From assembly GCA_037308085.1 (NCBI GenBank), contig CP147779.1, forward strand, positions 1,088,001 to 1,152,000: DNA of 64,000 nucleotides, given 5' to 3'. A program made the translations under genes and the position numbers. Position 1 is the stretch's first letter; the number at the start of each line of letters is the position of its first letter. This DNA comes from Promethearchaeati archaeon SRVP18_Atabeyarchaeia-1 (GTDB lineage Archaea; Asgardarchaeota; Atabeyarchaeia; Atabeyarchaeales; Atabeyarchaeaceae). Positions 38,504-48,272 of this stretch are shown here, piece after piece. The notes below the pieces were generated by a model. The model was not told the origin of the DNA and ran no database searches. It saw only the letters and a program-made list of their open reading frames with translations.

Positions 38504-39520
38504 TTAGAACTTGACTTTGTCTATTCCCTTTAGCTTAAGTATCTCTCTTGTGTCCTTCGGCGTCGCGATCTCGTAGTCGAGGTCATGGGCGATCTTCACG
38601 ATCTTCTCCACGAGTTCCCCATTTCCTTTGGCGAGCTCGTGGTGTCTAACATAGATGTTGTCCTCAAGTCCGACTCTTACATGTCCACCCATGGCCATGG
38701 CAGCAGCCCCTAGATGGAACTCTGCAGGGTATCCTATTCCTATGACTGACCACGTGTATTCCACATTACGACCCAGCATTAGCGAAGCTTGCCGTGCTAT
38801 TCTGTCAGTTTCCGTCTGGAGGTGAACCAATTCGTACACCGTTGCGGCAGTTCCTCCAAGTACTCCCAAGACGTACTGGATGTGTAGCGGGAATTCAACC
38901 CAACCGAAACGCAGCATGGCAGCGGTATTCCATAGGCCATTAGTGCCATAGAGCTCCAGCTCGGGCTTGACTTTGTGCTCTCTCATTGCTTTGGCGAACA
39001 CGTCAAGATCTTTGAACGTGTTTCTGAAAACCATGTCTTTGCTGGATTCCACCATCGATTTCTCCCAGGTTGTCTTCCACTCCTTTATCCTCTCGGCAAG
39101 TGGGAATACAGAGAAATTCATCGACTCAATATCAAAGCTGCACATCTCAGGCTCAAACTCGGGCACCACCGCGATTCTCTGCTCCGGTGTCATTCCCATG
39201 CCACCACCGGTGGTTGTGCAAACCACTAGGTCATCGCATTTCTGCTTGATTTTGGTCAACGTTTCTTTCCAAACTTTAAGGTCAGCTGACGGTAAACCTG
39301 TCTTTGGATCTCTAACATGTACGTGAACCACTGAAGCGCCAGCCTTGTAGGCTGCCTTTGCTTCGTCGGAGATCTGGTCGGGTGTAATTGGCAGATAAGG
39401 AGTCTGGCTAGGAACAGTGGCGCTTCCAGTCAGGGCACAAGTTATTATTACTTTGCGCGGAGGTCTCTTGGCAGGTGCTTCCGCTGTCTTGCCAGGTGCC
39501 GTTACCTTTTTAGTAGACAT
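38504..39520 (-). CDS. Beta-keto acid cleavage enzyme (BKACE/DUF849, Kce-like)
   Basis: IITCALTG, HVHVR, TTGGG, RVGLEDN. Confidence 0.93.
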   Translation of the reverse strand: MSTKKVTAPGKTAEAPAKRPPRKVIITCALTGSATVPSQTPYLPITPDQISDEAKAAYKAGASVVHVHVRDPKTGLPSADLKVWKETLTKIKQKCDDLVVCTTTGGGMGMTPEQRIAVVPEFEPEMCSFDIESMNFSVFPLAERIKEWKTTWEKSMVESSKDMVFRNTFKDLDVFAKAMREHKVKPELELYGTNGLWNTAAMLRFGWVEFPLHIQYVLGVLGGTAATVYELVHLQTETDRIARQASLMLGRNVEYTWSVIGIGYPAEFHLGAAAMAMGGHVRVGLEDNIYVRHHELAKGNGELVEKIVKIAHDLDYEIATPKDTREILKLKGIDKVKF

Positions 39521-39648
39521 CTTCCTCTCACTCCTCTTTTGAAAATCTTCTAGTTCCTAATGTTGTACTGTACTCTGCAGCGTCAAATAAATAAAGTATT
39601 AGGTTTTTGGATTTCGCCAAATTGTGGGTGCTTGCCTCGGCAATAAGT

Positions 39649-40821
39649 TCAGGGCTTCTTCTGTTTCTCTTTTGACTCCTTATAGATTTCGCGTTGGATC
39701 AAGTAGCGCAGTATTTCGGATGTGCCTCCTCCGATGGGCATTAGTCTTGCGTCTCTCGCGAATTGCTCGACATCGTATTCCTTTGTGTACCCAATTCCTC
39801 CGAGCATCTGCAGGGCGCTGTAAGTCACGTTTACAGCTGTCTCCACTGCGAAGAGCTTCGCCATCGAAGCCTCTTTGGTGGCGCCTAGTCCTTTGTCAAT
39901 CATCCGGGCTGCCCTCAGCATGAGCAGTCTCGCAGCGTCTATCGCCATACCCATGTCTGCAACCTTGAAGCTCACTCCCTCAAACCTGCTTATGGTCTGG
40001 TCGAACTGAACTCTCTCGGTCGAGTACTTGACCGCTGCCTCAAAGGGCGTCCGAGCGCAACCTATCGCCTGGCCGGCAATCATGGTTCTCTCTATGTCAA
40101 GTTCGTCCATAACTACGAGGAATCCGCTATTCTCCTTGCCGATGATGTTTTCTTTGGGAACCTTGACGTTTTGAAATGTCAAGTGGGCAGCCTTCGCTCC
40201 TCGGTTACCCATAAGCTCGTAGTCTTTGACATGTTTGAACCCAGGCATAGTTTTCTCAACCAGGAATGCGGTCATGCCTTGGTGAGCGTGGACCTTTGGG
40301 TCAGTTACTGCGAAGACTAGCAGGTAGTCTGCTTCTCCACCATTGGTTATGAACCTTTTTTCGCCGTTCAGCAGATAATAGTCTCCTTCTTTCTTCGCTG
40401 TGGTTTTCATCCCGGCGACGTCCGATCCGACGTTTGGCTCGGTGATGCATATGCAACCTATTTTCTCTCCCCGTGCTAATTGTGGAAGAACCTCTGTCTT
40501 CTGTTGCTTTGTGCCAAACCGCACAATTGGCCAAGTAAAGAGAACTGAAGAGGCACCAACGCACATTCCTATGGCGGGGCTTAACGCACCCATTTCTTCA
40601 GCGAAAAGTGAAGCTATCACTGCACCTTGGTCAGATCCGCCGTATTCCTTAGGAATCAAGCCACCCAAGTTTCCCGTAGGTCTAAGAATCCTGAAGACCT
40701 CCCGTGGGTACCGATCCGTCTTCTCAATTTCCTCAGCGACACCAGTGAGCTCCCTCTTAAGAAAGTCCCTTGTCTCAACTTGGTACATTGCTTCTTCATC
40801 ATTCAGAAAGATGTTACTCAC
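39649..40821 (-). CDS. Acyl-CoA dehydrogenase
   Basis: ITEPNVGSD, GEKRFITN, GGIGY, IGGGTSEI. Start reset to GTG 40821 by comparison with the paralogue at 44637. Confidence 0.95.
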   Translation of the reverse strand: MSNIFLNDEEAMYQVETRDFLKRELTGVAEEIEKTDRYPREVFRILRPTGNLGGLIPKEYGGSDQGAVIASLFAEEMGALSPAIGMCVGASSVLFTWPIVRFGTKQQKTEVLPQLARGEKIGCICITEPNVGSDVAGMKTTAKKEGDYYLLNGEKRFITNGGEADYLLVFAVTDPKVHAHQGMTAFLVEKTMPGFKHVKDYELMGNRGAKAAHLTFQNVKVPKENIIGKENSGFLVVMDELDIERTMIAGQAIGCARTPFEAAVKYSTERVQFDQTISRFEGVSFKVADMGMAIDAARLLMLRAARMIDKGLGATKEASMAKLFAVETAVNVTYSALQMLGGIGYTKEYDVEQFARDARLMPIGGGTSEILRYLIQREIYKESKEKQKKP

Positions 40822-41028
40822 GTATACCACCCAAGAAAAATCTTGATCTTCTATCGCAAGTCTGCTCCTTATAACATCATCGTCTTCTGGCATCGAAAAC
40901 AAGGTGCACTTCAGGAGATGCGAAAGGAAGAAAAAGGCATTGAGAGCCTCAGTCTCGGGTCCCTTTCAGAAAGACCGAAGGGGGGAATGTCTGATCAGGA
41001 CGCCAAACTTGTGCGGTCATGTTTGGGC

Positions 41029-41496
41029 TCAAGCTGTACCCGCAGTCCTCAGTCTTGAAGCATATTCGCGAATTGCCTCCTCCTGTTCAGGTGATTCGAC
41101 GGATCGGGGTCGCGATCTCCTGACTTCTTTAATGGCGCTGTCAGCATCAAAGCCTTTCCTCACAAGGTACGCTGCTAGCAGTGACCCTGTCCTCCCCAAG
41201 CCCATCCTGCAGCAAACAAGTACGGGCTTACCCTGCTTTTCCATGTTCTCAACAAAATCGATGAATCTGTCGATTTGCTCCTGCGTTGGGGGCATGAATG
41301 AGGGGACTTTCAAGTGGAAATACTCGAACCCCATGCCTCTCATAAGTCCTTCGTCGACCGGCCATTCCACTAAGCAGATTATCGCACGGATGCCAAGCCC
41401 CCAGAGTTCAGATAGAGTTTCGCCTGAATCAGCTAACGCTGCACCAGCGATCCTACCTTCAACGAGCCAACTGAAGTTTCGAAGATTCATGAGCAC
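41029..41496 (-). CDS. Dual-specificity protein phosphatase (CX5R)
   Basis: NFSW, VCCRMGLGRTG, RSRPRSVESPEQ. Confidence 0.9.
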   Translation of the reverse strand: MLMNLRNFSWLVEGRIAGAALADSGETLSELWGLGIRAIICLVEWPVDEGLMRGMGFEYFHLKVPSFMPPTQEQIDRFIDFVENMEKQGKPVLVCCRMGLGRTGSLLAAYLVRKGFDADSAIKEVRRSRPRSVESPEQEEAIREYASRLRTAGTA

Positions 41497-41651
41497 TAGC
41501 CACGCGAAACATTGTTAGATATCATTATATATAGGAGCATCGGGAGACTTAGAACGACGACTATAGACTTTCTTGGACTGTCTAGGTCTTCAAGCCAGTT
41601 ATATGCGTTACCCGAAAGGGAAGAAAGTCTGGATGGAGGGCGATTCGTTAT

Positions 41652-42806
41652 TTGGTTAAGCCTAAGGTTGCAATAGTAGGAGTGGCGCAAACCAAATGCG
41701 AGAGCAAGAAGAACGAAGTTTTCTACGACACCGTATACGAAGCAGCGTCAAAAGCTCTTCAAGATGCAGGAATGGAGCGAAACGAACTTGAAACCGTCAT
41801 ACAAGCCGGGGATGACGTCGCGGATGGGCGCACAATATCAAACATGCATGCTGTCACTGCCGCTGGTGGATACCTAAAGGACGAGAGCAGATGTGGCGAA
41901 GACGGAACATTCTCTCTTGCCTACGCCTACATGAGATTGGCTTCTGGTCTATTTGACACGGCCATGGTTACAGGTAATGGAACCACTGAGTCACCTTTTG
42001 AACTTGTAACGAACCTGGCGTTTGACCATCTTTTTACGAGGGGATTCGGGCTCAGCTGGGTAACTTCCTTCGCAATGAATGCAAACAGCTACATGAAAGT
42101 GACCGGAGTGACTGAGAAACAGGCTGCAAAGGTTGTCGTAAAGAATAGAAGGAATGGTGTGAAGAATCCTTATGCTCACCTTAGAAAAGCGGTCACTATG
42201 GACGAAGTCTTGCGGTCGCCAATGGTTTCATATCCATTGAAGAAACTTGACCTTCCGCCGTCATCATCAGGTGCATGCGCAGTCGTTCTGGCATCGTCTG
42301 AGTATGTTAAGAGAATTACCGATAACCCAGTCTGGATAGACGGGTTAGCATGGAATGTTGGCTCATATTACTTCCAAGATGCGGAGCCGGGAGAACTGCT
42401 TCCATTACGTTGGGCTTCTGAGAGAGCCTACAAGATGGCTGGAATAGAGAATCCTCCAGAAGACCTGCAGGTCGCTGAACTCCACGACATAACATCCTAC
42501 CACGAACTCATGGAGTATGAAGCGCTCAAGTTCTGCGATAAGGGTCGTGGGGGTGCGACAATTGACGAAATGGACGAAGACGGGCGAATAGGCGAGGTTA
42601 CAGTTAATCCGTCAGGCGGCGCTCTCTCATCGCATCCACACCACGCAGCGGGTCTCTTCAGGGTCGTTGAGGCGGCTCTTCAGCTTAGAGGAGACGCGGG
42701 CAAACACCAGGTCAAAGGCGCTAAGAAAGCGCTGGCTCACGGTATAACTCACATCGCAGGGGCTGCATCGATGGGACACGGTGTAGTCATCTTGCGCGGG
42801 GAGTAA
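41652..42806 (+). CDS. Thiolase-fold protein lacking the canonical nucleophile motif (Ltp4-like)
   Basis: SCP-x fold with DESRCGEDG, ELHD and NPSGGAL. Confidence 0.8.
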   Translation: MVKPKVAIVGVAQTKCESKKNEVFYDTVYEAASKALQDAGMERNELETVIQAGDDVADGRTISNMHAVTAAGGYLKDESRCGEDGTFSLAYAYMRLASGLFDTAMVTGNGTTESPFELVTNLAFDHLFTRGFGLSWVTSFAMNANSYMKVTGVTEKQAAKVVVKNRRNGVKNPYAHLRKAVTMDEVLRSPMVSYPLKKLDLPPSSSGACAVVLASSEYVKRITDNPVWIDGLAWNVGSYYFQDAEPGELLPLRWASERAYKMAGIENPPEDLQVAELHDITSYHELMEYEALKFCDKGRGGATIDEMDEDGRIGEVTVNPSGGALSSHPHHAAGLFRVVEAALQLRGDAGKHQVKGAKKALAHGITHIAGAASMGHGVVILRGE

Positions 42807-42824
42807 AGGAGGGAGAGCGAAAGA

Positions 42825-43991
42825 ATGGTAGTAAACAAGGCAGCTATAATTGGTACCGGCTTGACAAAAACCGCCACAAAAAGAAGGGAAGTCACGCACC
42901 CAGACATAACATATGAGGCTGTGACAGCAGCTTTGAATGATGCGGGCATAACGCTGAAAGATGTTGATGCCGTTGTCTATGGCTGCATGGATCCATTTGA
43001 TGGAGTTGAAGCTCCTGACAGGTGGGATGCCGACTCAACTGGTGCTCCTCTTGGTAAACCCTATATGAAAATATCTACAGGTGGAACTACTGGAGGCTCA
43101 GCGGCTCAGGCAGGTTATTATCACGCAGCCTCAGGTCTCTTCGATGTGGTGCTGGTTGTCTGCTGTCAGAGAGTCGGTGAGTGCGAGGACGCACAACTTG
43201 TACTCAACACGGCGGTGGACCCGATTTACGAGAGGGAGACTGGGGCTGGAGCAATAACTGTTGCGGCGCTGCAGGGCGCAGCCCACATGGCGAAATATGG
43301 GACGAAGATGGAGCATTTTGCAATGGTTGCAGCCAAGAACCATGAGAATGCTTTCAACAACCCTAATGCTCACCTGCACTTGCACATGGCTGTCAAGGAT
43401 GTCATGAACTCTGGCGTCATCTCTTGGCCATTGACTCTCTACATGTGTTGCCCAAGGTCAGATGGGGCAGCGGCTGTCATATTTGCCTCAGAAAAGAAAG
43501 CGAAGCAACTATGCAAGGAGCCTGCTTGGGTTAAGGGTGCTGGTTCAATTTCAGACGCCTATTCAATGGGAGAGCATCCAGACTTTGCCGACTGGGATAC
43601 GCTGGAAATACTTGGCAGACGAGTGTACCGCAAGGCGAAAATATCAAACCCTCTTAAGGACTTCCAAGTGGCTGAGCTCTACGAAGCATTTGCGTGTCAA
43701 GAGGTACTGGAGTATGAGGCACTACGCTTCTGCGGCAAAGGTGAAGGGGGAAGTCTCGTGGAGAGTGGCTTGACAAGCATGAAGGGGGATCTTCCAGTAG
43801 ACCCGTCAGGTGGGGTCCAGGCTACTAACCCAATAGGTGCCACGGGGCTGATCAGAGTGGCTGAAGCGGCTCGTCAAGTCATGGGGAAAGCGGGTCAAAT
43901 GCAGGTATCCAACGTTCAGACAGCCTTAGCGCACGCGTGGGGAGGCGCGGTATCACTTCACACGATGATGATCCTGTCTAGAACGCCTTAG
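42825..43991 (+). CDS. Thiolase-fold protein lacking the catalytic Cys (Ltp3-like)
   Basis: ISTGGTTGGS, CCPRSDGA, ELYEAF, TNPIGATG, AHAWGG. Confidence 0.82.
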   Translation: MVVNKAAIIGTGLTKTATKRREVTHPDITYEAVTAALNDAGITLKDVDAVVYGCMDPFDGVEAPDRWDADSTGAPLGKPYMKISTGGTTGGSAAQAGYYHAASGLFDVVLVVCCQRVGECEDAQLVLNTAVDPIYERETGAGAITVAALQGAAHMAKYGTKMEHFAMVAAKNHENAFNNPNAHLHLHMAVKDVMNSGVISWPLTLYMCCPRSDGAAAVIFASEKKAKQLCKEPAWVKGAGSISDAYSMGEHPDFADWDTLEILGRRVYRKAKISNPLKDFQVAELYEAFACQEVLEYEALRFCGKGEGGSLVESGLTSMKGDLPVDPSGGVQATNPIGATGLIRVAEAARQVMGKAGQMQVSNVQTALAHAWGGAVSLHTMMILSRTP

Positions 43992-44082
43992 AGACATTTG
44001 GAGGAGCCACAAGACAAGTTGGGTAATCAGATCAGAATCAAGATGATCAAGAAGTGTGGGTAGAAGAGGTGAAGGTAGAGTC

Positions 44083-44580
44083 ATGAGTAGTGGGAGCAAA
44101 GATGTTGAAAAAGAGAAGAAAGAAGTATTCCTAGAGTTTCCCGGCAGATGGAACATCCCTTACGTACACTCTGCCGGTAGAGCAGCAACAAAGTTCTTCA
44201 CCGAGCTAAAGAACAAGAAGATCGTGGGGAACAAGTGCCCCAAATGCAACAGGGTTCTGATCCCTCCGAGGAGTTTCTGCGAGAGATGCTTTGTTCCGAC
44301 AACAGACTGGGTTGAAGTAAAAGACACTGGAGTCATTACGACTTTCACTATATGCTACGTTCAGTTTACAGGTTTGCCCAAACCTCCTTATGCCCTTGGT
44401 GGCGTCAAACTTGAAGGCGCTGACACGAGTCTGTTCTGGTTCATCGGAGGAGTACCGCTTGGAAACCAAAAGGAAGACTTCAAGAAAATGCCGATAGGTT
44501 CAAAGGCCAAAGCCGTCTGGAATGAAGATAGAAAAGGCGCAATGAGCGACATCAAATACTTCAAGCCATTGGGAATTTAG
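44083..44580 (+). CDS. DUF35 Zn-ribbon/OB-fold protein
   Basis: CPKC..PPRSFCERC; EGADT. Confidence 0.9.
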   Translation: MSSGSKDVEKEKKEVFLEFPGRWNIPYVHSAGRAATKFFTELKNKKIVGNKCPKCNRVLIPPRSFCERCFVPTTDWVEVKDTGVITTFTICYVQFTGLPKPPYALGGVKLEGADTSLFWFIGGVPLGNQKEDFKKMPIGSKAKAVWNEDRKGAMSDIKYFKPLGI

Positions 44581-44636
44581 CAGAAAAACAGATTATGAGT
44601 AGAGAACGTCGGCTAGTAGCGTTGGTGGTGTTAACT

Positions 44637-45812
44637 ATGAGTTCGGTGTTCTTCACTGAGGAAGAAAACAAGTTTCGAGAAGAAGTTAGAGAATTTGCGA
44701 GGAAAGAGATTGAGCCAATAGCTCAAGATATAGAGAAAAAAGATGGATATGACCTCATCAGGAGGTCTTTCAAGAAGCTTGGAGCACGTGGTTTCCTCGG
44801 GGTTTTACACCCAAAGGATGTTGGAGGATCCGCTAGGGGAGTAGCTTACGAGGTAATTGTTGGAGACGAGATCGCCTATGCGAGCGGCTCGCTTGATCTT
44901 TGCCGAGCGGCCTCGGTATGCCTATATGGCATGCCTCTGAACAGATTTGGAACGAAAGAGCAGAGGCAAAAGTACTTGGCTCCGGTAATAAAGGGCGAGA
45001 AGATTGGAGCCATAGGTATAACTGAGCCTGATGTTGGCTCAGACACGGCCGGCATGAAGACCAACGCCAAGAAGGAAGGGGACCACTACGTCTTGAATGG
45101 CGAGAAACGTTTCATAACCAATGGCAGTCAGGCTGATTTTCTCTGCATATTCGCAATTACGAACGCAAAGGCACACCCGCATCAAGGGATGTCGGCTTTC
45201 ATAATTGAAAAAGGGATGCCTGGGTTCAGCGCATTGAAAGACTACGAGCTAATGGGGTTAGACGGAGCGAGGGTCTCGCACCTAAAGTTCGAGAACGTAG
45301 AGGTTCCAAAGGAGAACCTGCTCGGAGCGGAAAGCTTCGGCTTTCCAATATTGATGGATGAACTTGACAGCGAACGAACGGCAATTGCAGGTCAACTCAT
45401 AGGTGGAGCCAGAGCAGCCCTAGATATCGCTGTGAAGTACTCGACTGAGCGAGTCCAGTTTGACCAGACCATAAGCAGGTTTGAGGGAGTGAGCTTCAAG
45501 GTTGCAGACATGGCGACGAGAATAGAGGCGTCGCGATTGCTGACGCTCGAAGCGGCTAGAAGGCTCGACAAGGGTCTTCCAGCGACGAAGCATGCGACGA
45601 TGGCTAAACTCTTCGCGTCGGAGACTGCAATCGACGTGACCTACCAATCGCTTCAAGTCCTCGGGGGAATAGGCTACACGAAGGAGTATCCAATGGAAAT
45701 GCTAGCCAGAAATGCTAGGCTCGCCACGATCGGCGGCGGAACTGCTGAGATATGCAGATTCCTAATCCAAAGAGAAGTCTATAAGGAATTTAAGGGCAGC
45801 AAGAAGAAGTAG
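44637..45812 (+). CDS. Acyl-CoA dehydrogenase (paralogue of 39649-40821)
   Basis: ITEPDVGSD, GEKRFITN, GGIGY, IGGGTAEI. Confidence 0.95.
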   Translation: MSSVFFTEEENKFREEVREFARKEIEPIAQDIEKKDGYDLIRRSFKKLGARGFLGVLHPKDVGGSARGVAYEVIVGDEIAYASGSLDLCRAASVCLYGMPLNRFGTKEQRQKYLAPVIKGEKIGAIGITEPDVGSDTAGMKTNAKKEGDHYVLNGEKRFITNGSQADFLCIFAITNAKAHPHQGMSAFIIEKGMPGFSALKDYELMGLDGARVSHLKFENVEVPKENLLGAESFGFPILMDELDSERTAIAGQLIGGARAALDIAVKYSTERVQFDQTISRFEGVSFKVADMATRIEASRLLTLEAARRLDKGLPATKHATMAKLFASETAIDVTYQSLQVLGGIGYTKEYPMEMLARNARLATIGGGTAEICRFLIQREVYKEFKGSKKK

Positions 45813-45870
45813 GACAAGCCAAGAGGAACTAGTTCGTCCCCTCAAAAGAGGAGAATCCCAGTTGGTCTGC

Positions 45871-46282
45871 TGATTTTCTCTCAATCTTCATTCACCTCCT
45901 TCGAGTCAATGATCGAAAGCAAGACGGAGCAAGAGGCGAGCACAAGGCATGACGGCAACTATGTTGCCAACTGGTACTGCCAAAGCCAATTACGGCGTTG
46001 CCACCACCGACAGCGAGAAGACACGGCTGATATGAATAGAGAAATATGGTGGCGTTTAAGTTCCACAGGCATCCGCAAAATCCGAATACTTGTAGGCAAG
46101 GGGCTTCTGGGATCAACGGTGTGAGTCGAAAAGGTCTCACGACTTCGAGACAAACTTATCGATCCAAACGCAATCGCCTTGCCTCACTTGGCAATGCCTC
46201 CGAACTCTTCGCCTCAGCTGGAGCAACTCTATGTATGTCCAACCTTTACAAGTTTTCCGAAGCTTCGGCACTCCAGAAATCA
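45871..46282 (-). ncRNA. Candidate ~410-nt structured RNA antisense to both flanking genes
   Basis: Helices 46269-46276/46218-46225, 46122-46135/45894-45908, 46000-46006/46047-46053 and 45954-45968; TATA-like boxes at 46300-46319 on -. Confidence 0.4.
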
Positions 46283-46378
46283 TTCTTTGCGGAGATATTC
46301 TTTAATTAGCCAGATAAAACCTAGTATGAACGGCATCTTCGCAGGTATTGCTTTCATCGTCACGAAGGTCAAGATAAG

Positions 46379-47548
46379 ATGACCAGTGCTAGGGACATTC
46401 TCAACAAGCTCACGTGGGACAAGAGGTTCAGTACACAGAATTATGCCGTGGTTTTCGTGCATAGGGGAGCGCCTCACGACCTCAAAGTTGTTAAGGCCAG
46501 CGCAATCAGGGAAAAGGGCAAGAGCTTCTTCATGATCGAGGAGGACACGATGATACCTTACCACAGGATTCGCGCCATCAGAGACCTAAAGAGTGGAGAA
46601 GACATATACTCCAAGAACGAAGGGGTACCGTTTCCACTTCGCGAGATCGAAGGACAGGAGGGACTCGGAGAATTCCAAGACGAAGCCCACAGTGGTACTC
46701 GAATCGAATTGGATGGTGAATATGGATCCACTATTCGCTGCGCAGCGAGGCTGTCTTTTCCCGAGGGTGATCCCGAGTCTTTCAGGGCGCGAGTTAGAGA
46801 CGGAGTAACAAAGTTTGGCTTGGTTGAACTGTCCTTTTTCCGTTACACTGGCGAACCAGAGGAATCTGAGAGATACGAATCCATGGTGGATTTTGCCTCA
46901 AAGGTCATTGCTGAGGCACACTTGGACGTTATCTCTCTTCACCTGCCAAGTATCAACATTCTCAACCGGTCGAGGACGAGGAGGATGCTAGATACATTTC
47001 TACCGTTCTGTACGCAGGTCGACTGCAAGAGCATTGTTGTACATCCAGGGATACTCGATGTGCAACACCTCTCTAAACTAGATAGGATTCGGGCAAGATC
47101 AGACCTCGCAGAATTCCTGAAATCAATCTCGCGTGAACTCTCAGAAAGCAAAATCATCCTCTCCATCGAAACCTACCCTGAACAAAACAGAGTGCCTTCC
47201 GGAACACCAGACATGCATGATTTTGTGTCCGCTCTGAGTCCGTCTTGCCAAATAGCGTACGACACTTCCCATACTATGGGGAGTACTGATTCTGTAGTCG
47301 AAGACATTATCAGGTGCATCGAAAAGATCAACGTCTTCCATTTCTCCAATCGATGCAGAGATGAACGGCACATGCCGATCTTCAGTTCCAGAGGCGATCT
47401 GAACTTCACTTCGATTATTGACGCGATAAAATCTGCGGGGTTCGAAGGGATGATAGTCCTCGAATACCAGCCAAAGAAATACAGAATGCTTCTCGAACGC
47501 GACTTAAGGTCACTTAGAGACGCGATCCGCCAGCGTGCGACGTGCTGA
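46379..47548 (+). CDS. MJ1316/DUF504 domain fused to an AP-endonuclease-2 / xylose-isomerase-like TIM barrel
   Basis: N-term RDILNKLTW..HRGAP..IPYHRI; C-term SLHLP, VVHPG, SIET, DTSH, HFS, ERH, VLE. Confidence 0.82.
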   Translation: MTSARDILNKLTWDKRFSTQNYAVVFVHRGAPHDLKVVKASAIREKGKSFFMIEEDTMIPYHRIRAIRDLKSGEDIYSKNEGVPFPLREIEGQEGLGEFQDEAHSGTRIELDGEYGSTIRCAARLSFPEGDPESFRARVRDGVTKFGLVELSFFRYTGEPEESERYESMVDFASKVIAEAHLDVISLHLPSINILNRSRTRRMLDTFLPFCTQVDCKSIVVHPGILDVQHLSKLDRIRARSDLAEFLKSISRELSESKIILSIETYPEQNRVPSGTPDMHDFVSALSPSCQIAYDTSHTMGSTDSVVEDIIRCIEKINVFHFSNRCRDERHMPIFSSRGDLNFTSIIDAIKSAGFEGMIVLEYQPKKYRMLLERDLRSLRDAIRQRATC

Positions 47549-47607
47549 CACGAGAAGACAAAAAAAGAGAGATTGTAGGAAAGTTTCCCCATTTCTGAAT
47601 CGGAGTT

Positions 47608-47994
47608 CTATCCTAGTGGAATCACGCCCACAGTCATGGCAAGCTTCGTAAACATGCCTATCTCGTTGCCGGCGCCGTAGATCATTAGTTTTCCTTGTTC
47701 TAACAGGGAACCGCTACCAATCGGCTTGGCCTTACCCGAAATCATGTCATTCCAAGCGTCTGGCTCAACCTTAAGTGTAAGATCTGGCGCTGGGTATAAC
47801 CCACTTCCGAACTGTGCGCCATCTGGTCGGAAGACGATGTGAAATTCCTTTTCTCCGATCTGGAAGTTGTGGATCTTACCGTAGTATCCCTTGAGCCATG
47901 ATTTCAGGATGTCCTTTGCTTTTGGGTTCTTGTTGATAGAGTCAACAAGCTTCTTGAACCCAGCTTCAACTTTTTGTAAGTCTACCATAACCAA
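47608..47994 (-). CDS. SCP2 (sterol carrier)-like lipid-binding protein
   Basis: PDLTLKV...WNDMISGK...LLEQGKLMIYG pattern. Confidence 0.7.
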   Translation of the reverse strand: MVMVDLQKVEAGFKKLVDSINKNPKAKDILKSWLKGYYGKIHNFQIGEKEFHIVFRPDGAQFGSGLYPAPDLTLKVEPDAWNDMISGKAKPIGSGSLLEQGKLMIYGAGNEIGMFTKLAMTVGVIPLG

Positions 47995-48009
47995 CTCTCC
48001 TTTGGTTCT

Positions 48010-48258
48010 CTACTTTCCAGCAAATTCCTTGAGGGCATCTAGGCATATTCGCCGCAGATTGCCGGCAGAGATGCTACCGTACTTCTCGGTCATCTTCTCT
48101 TCTAGCTTCTCAACAACTTCGTCGGGCAGAACTAGATCCACGTGGACCTTGTTGACGTCGAGGAACCATCTGGCCATGCTACCGAAGTAGGCGTGTTCTA
48201 CCATCCATTTGGACAAATCTTCTTTCCCTATACGAGGTTTTCCAAGCCACTCGCTCAT
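48010..48258 (-). CDS. Small protein with C-terminal RHH-like segment
   Basis: VDLVLPDEVVEKL...NLRRICLDALKEF; RBS and tight operon spacing. Confidence 0.6.
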   Translation of the reverse strand: MSEWLGKPRIGKEDLSKWMVEHAYFGSMARWFLDVNKVHVDLVLPDEVVEKLEEKMTEKYGSISAGNLRRICLDALKEFAGK

Positions 48259-48272
48259 TGTTTGACTTCCCC

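Noticed and set aside
45892-46309. Short ORFs and an orphan GGAGGTGA
   Set aside because: Downstream frames are short and run antisense into the ACAD gene; no protein-like features.
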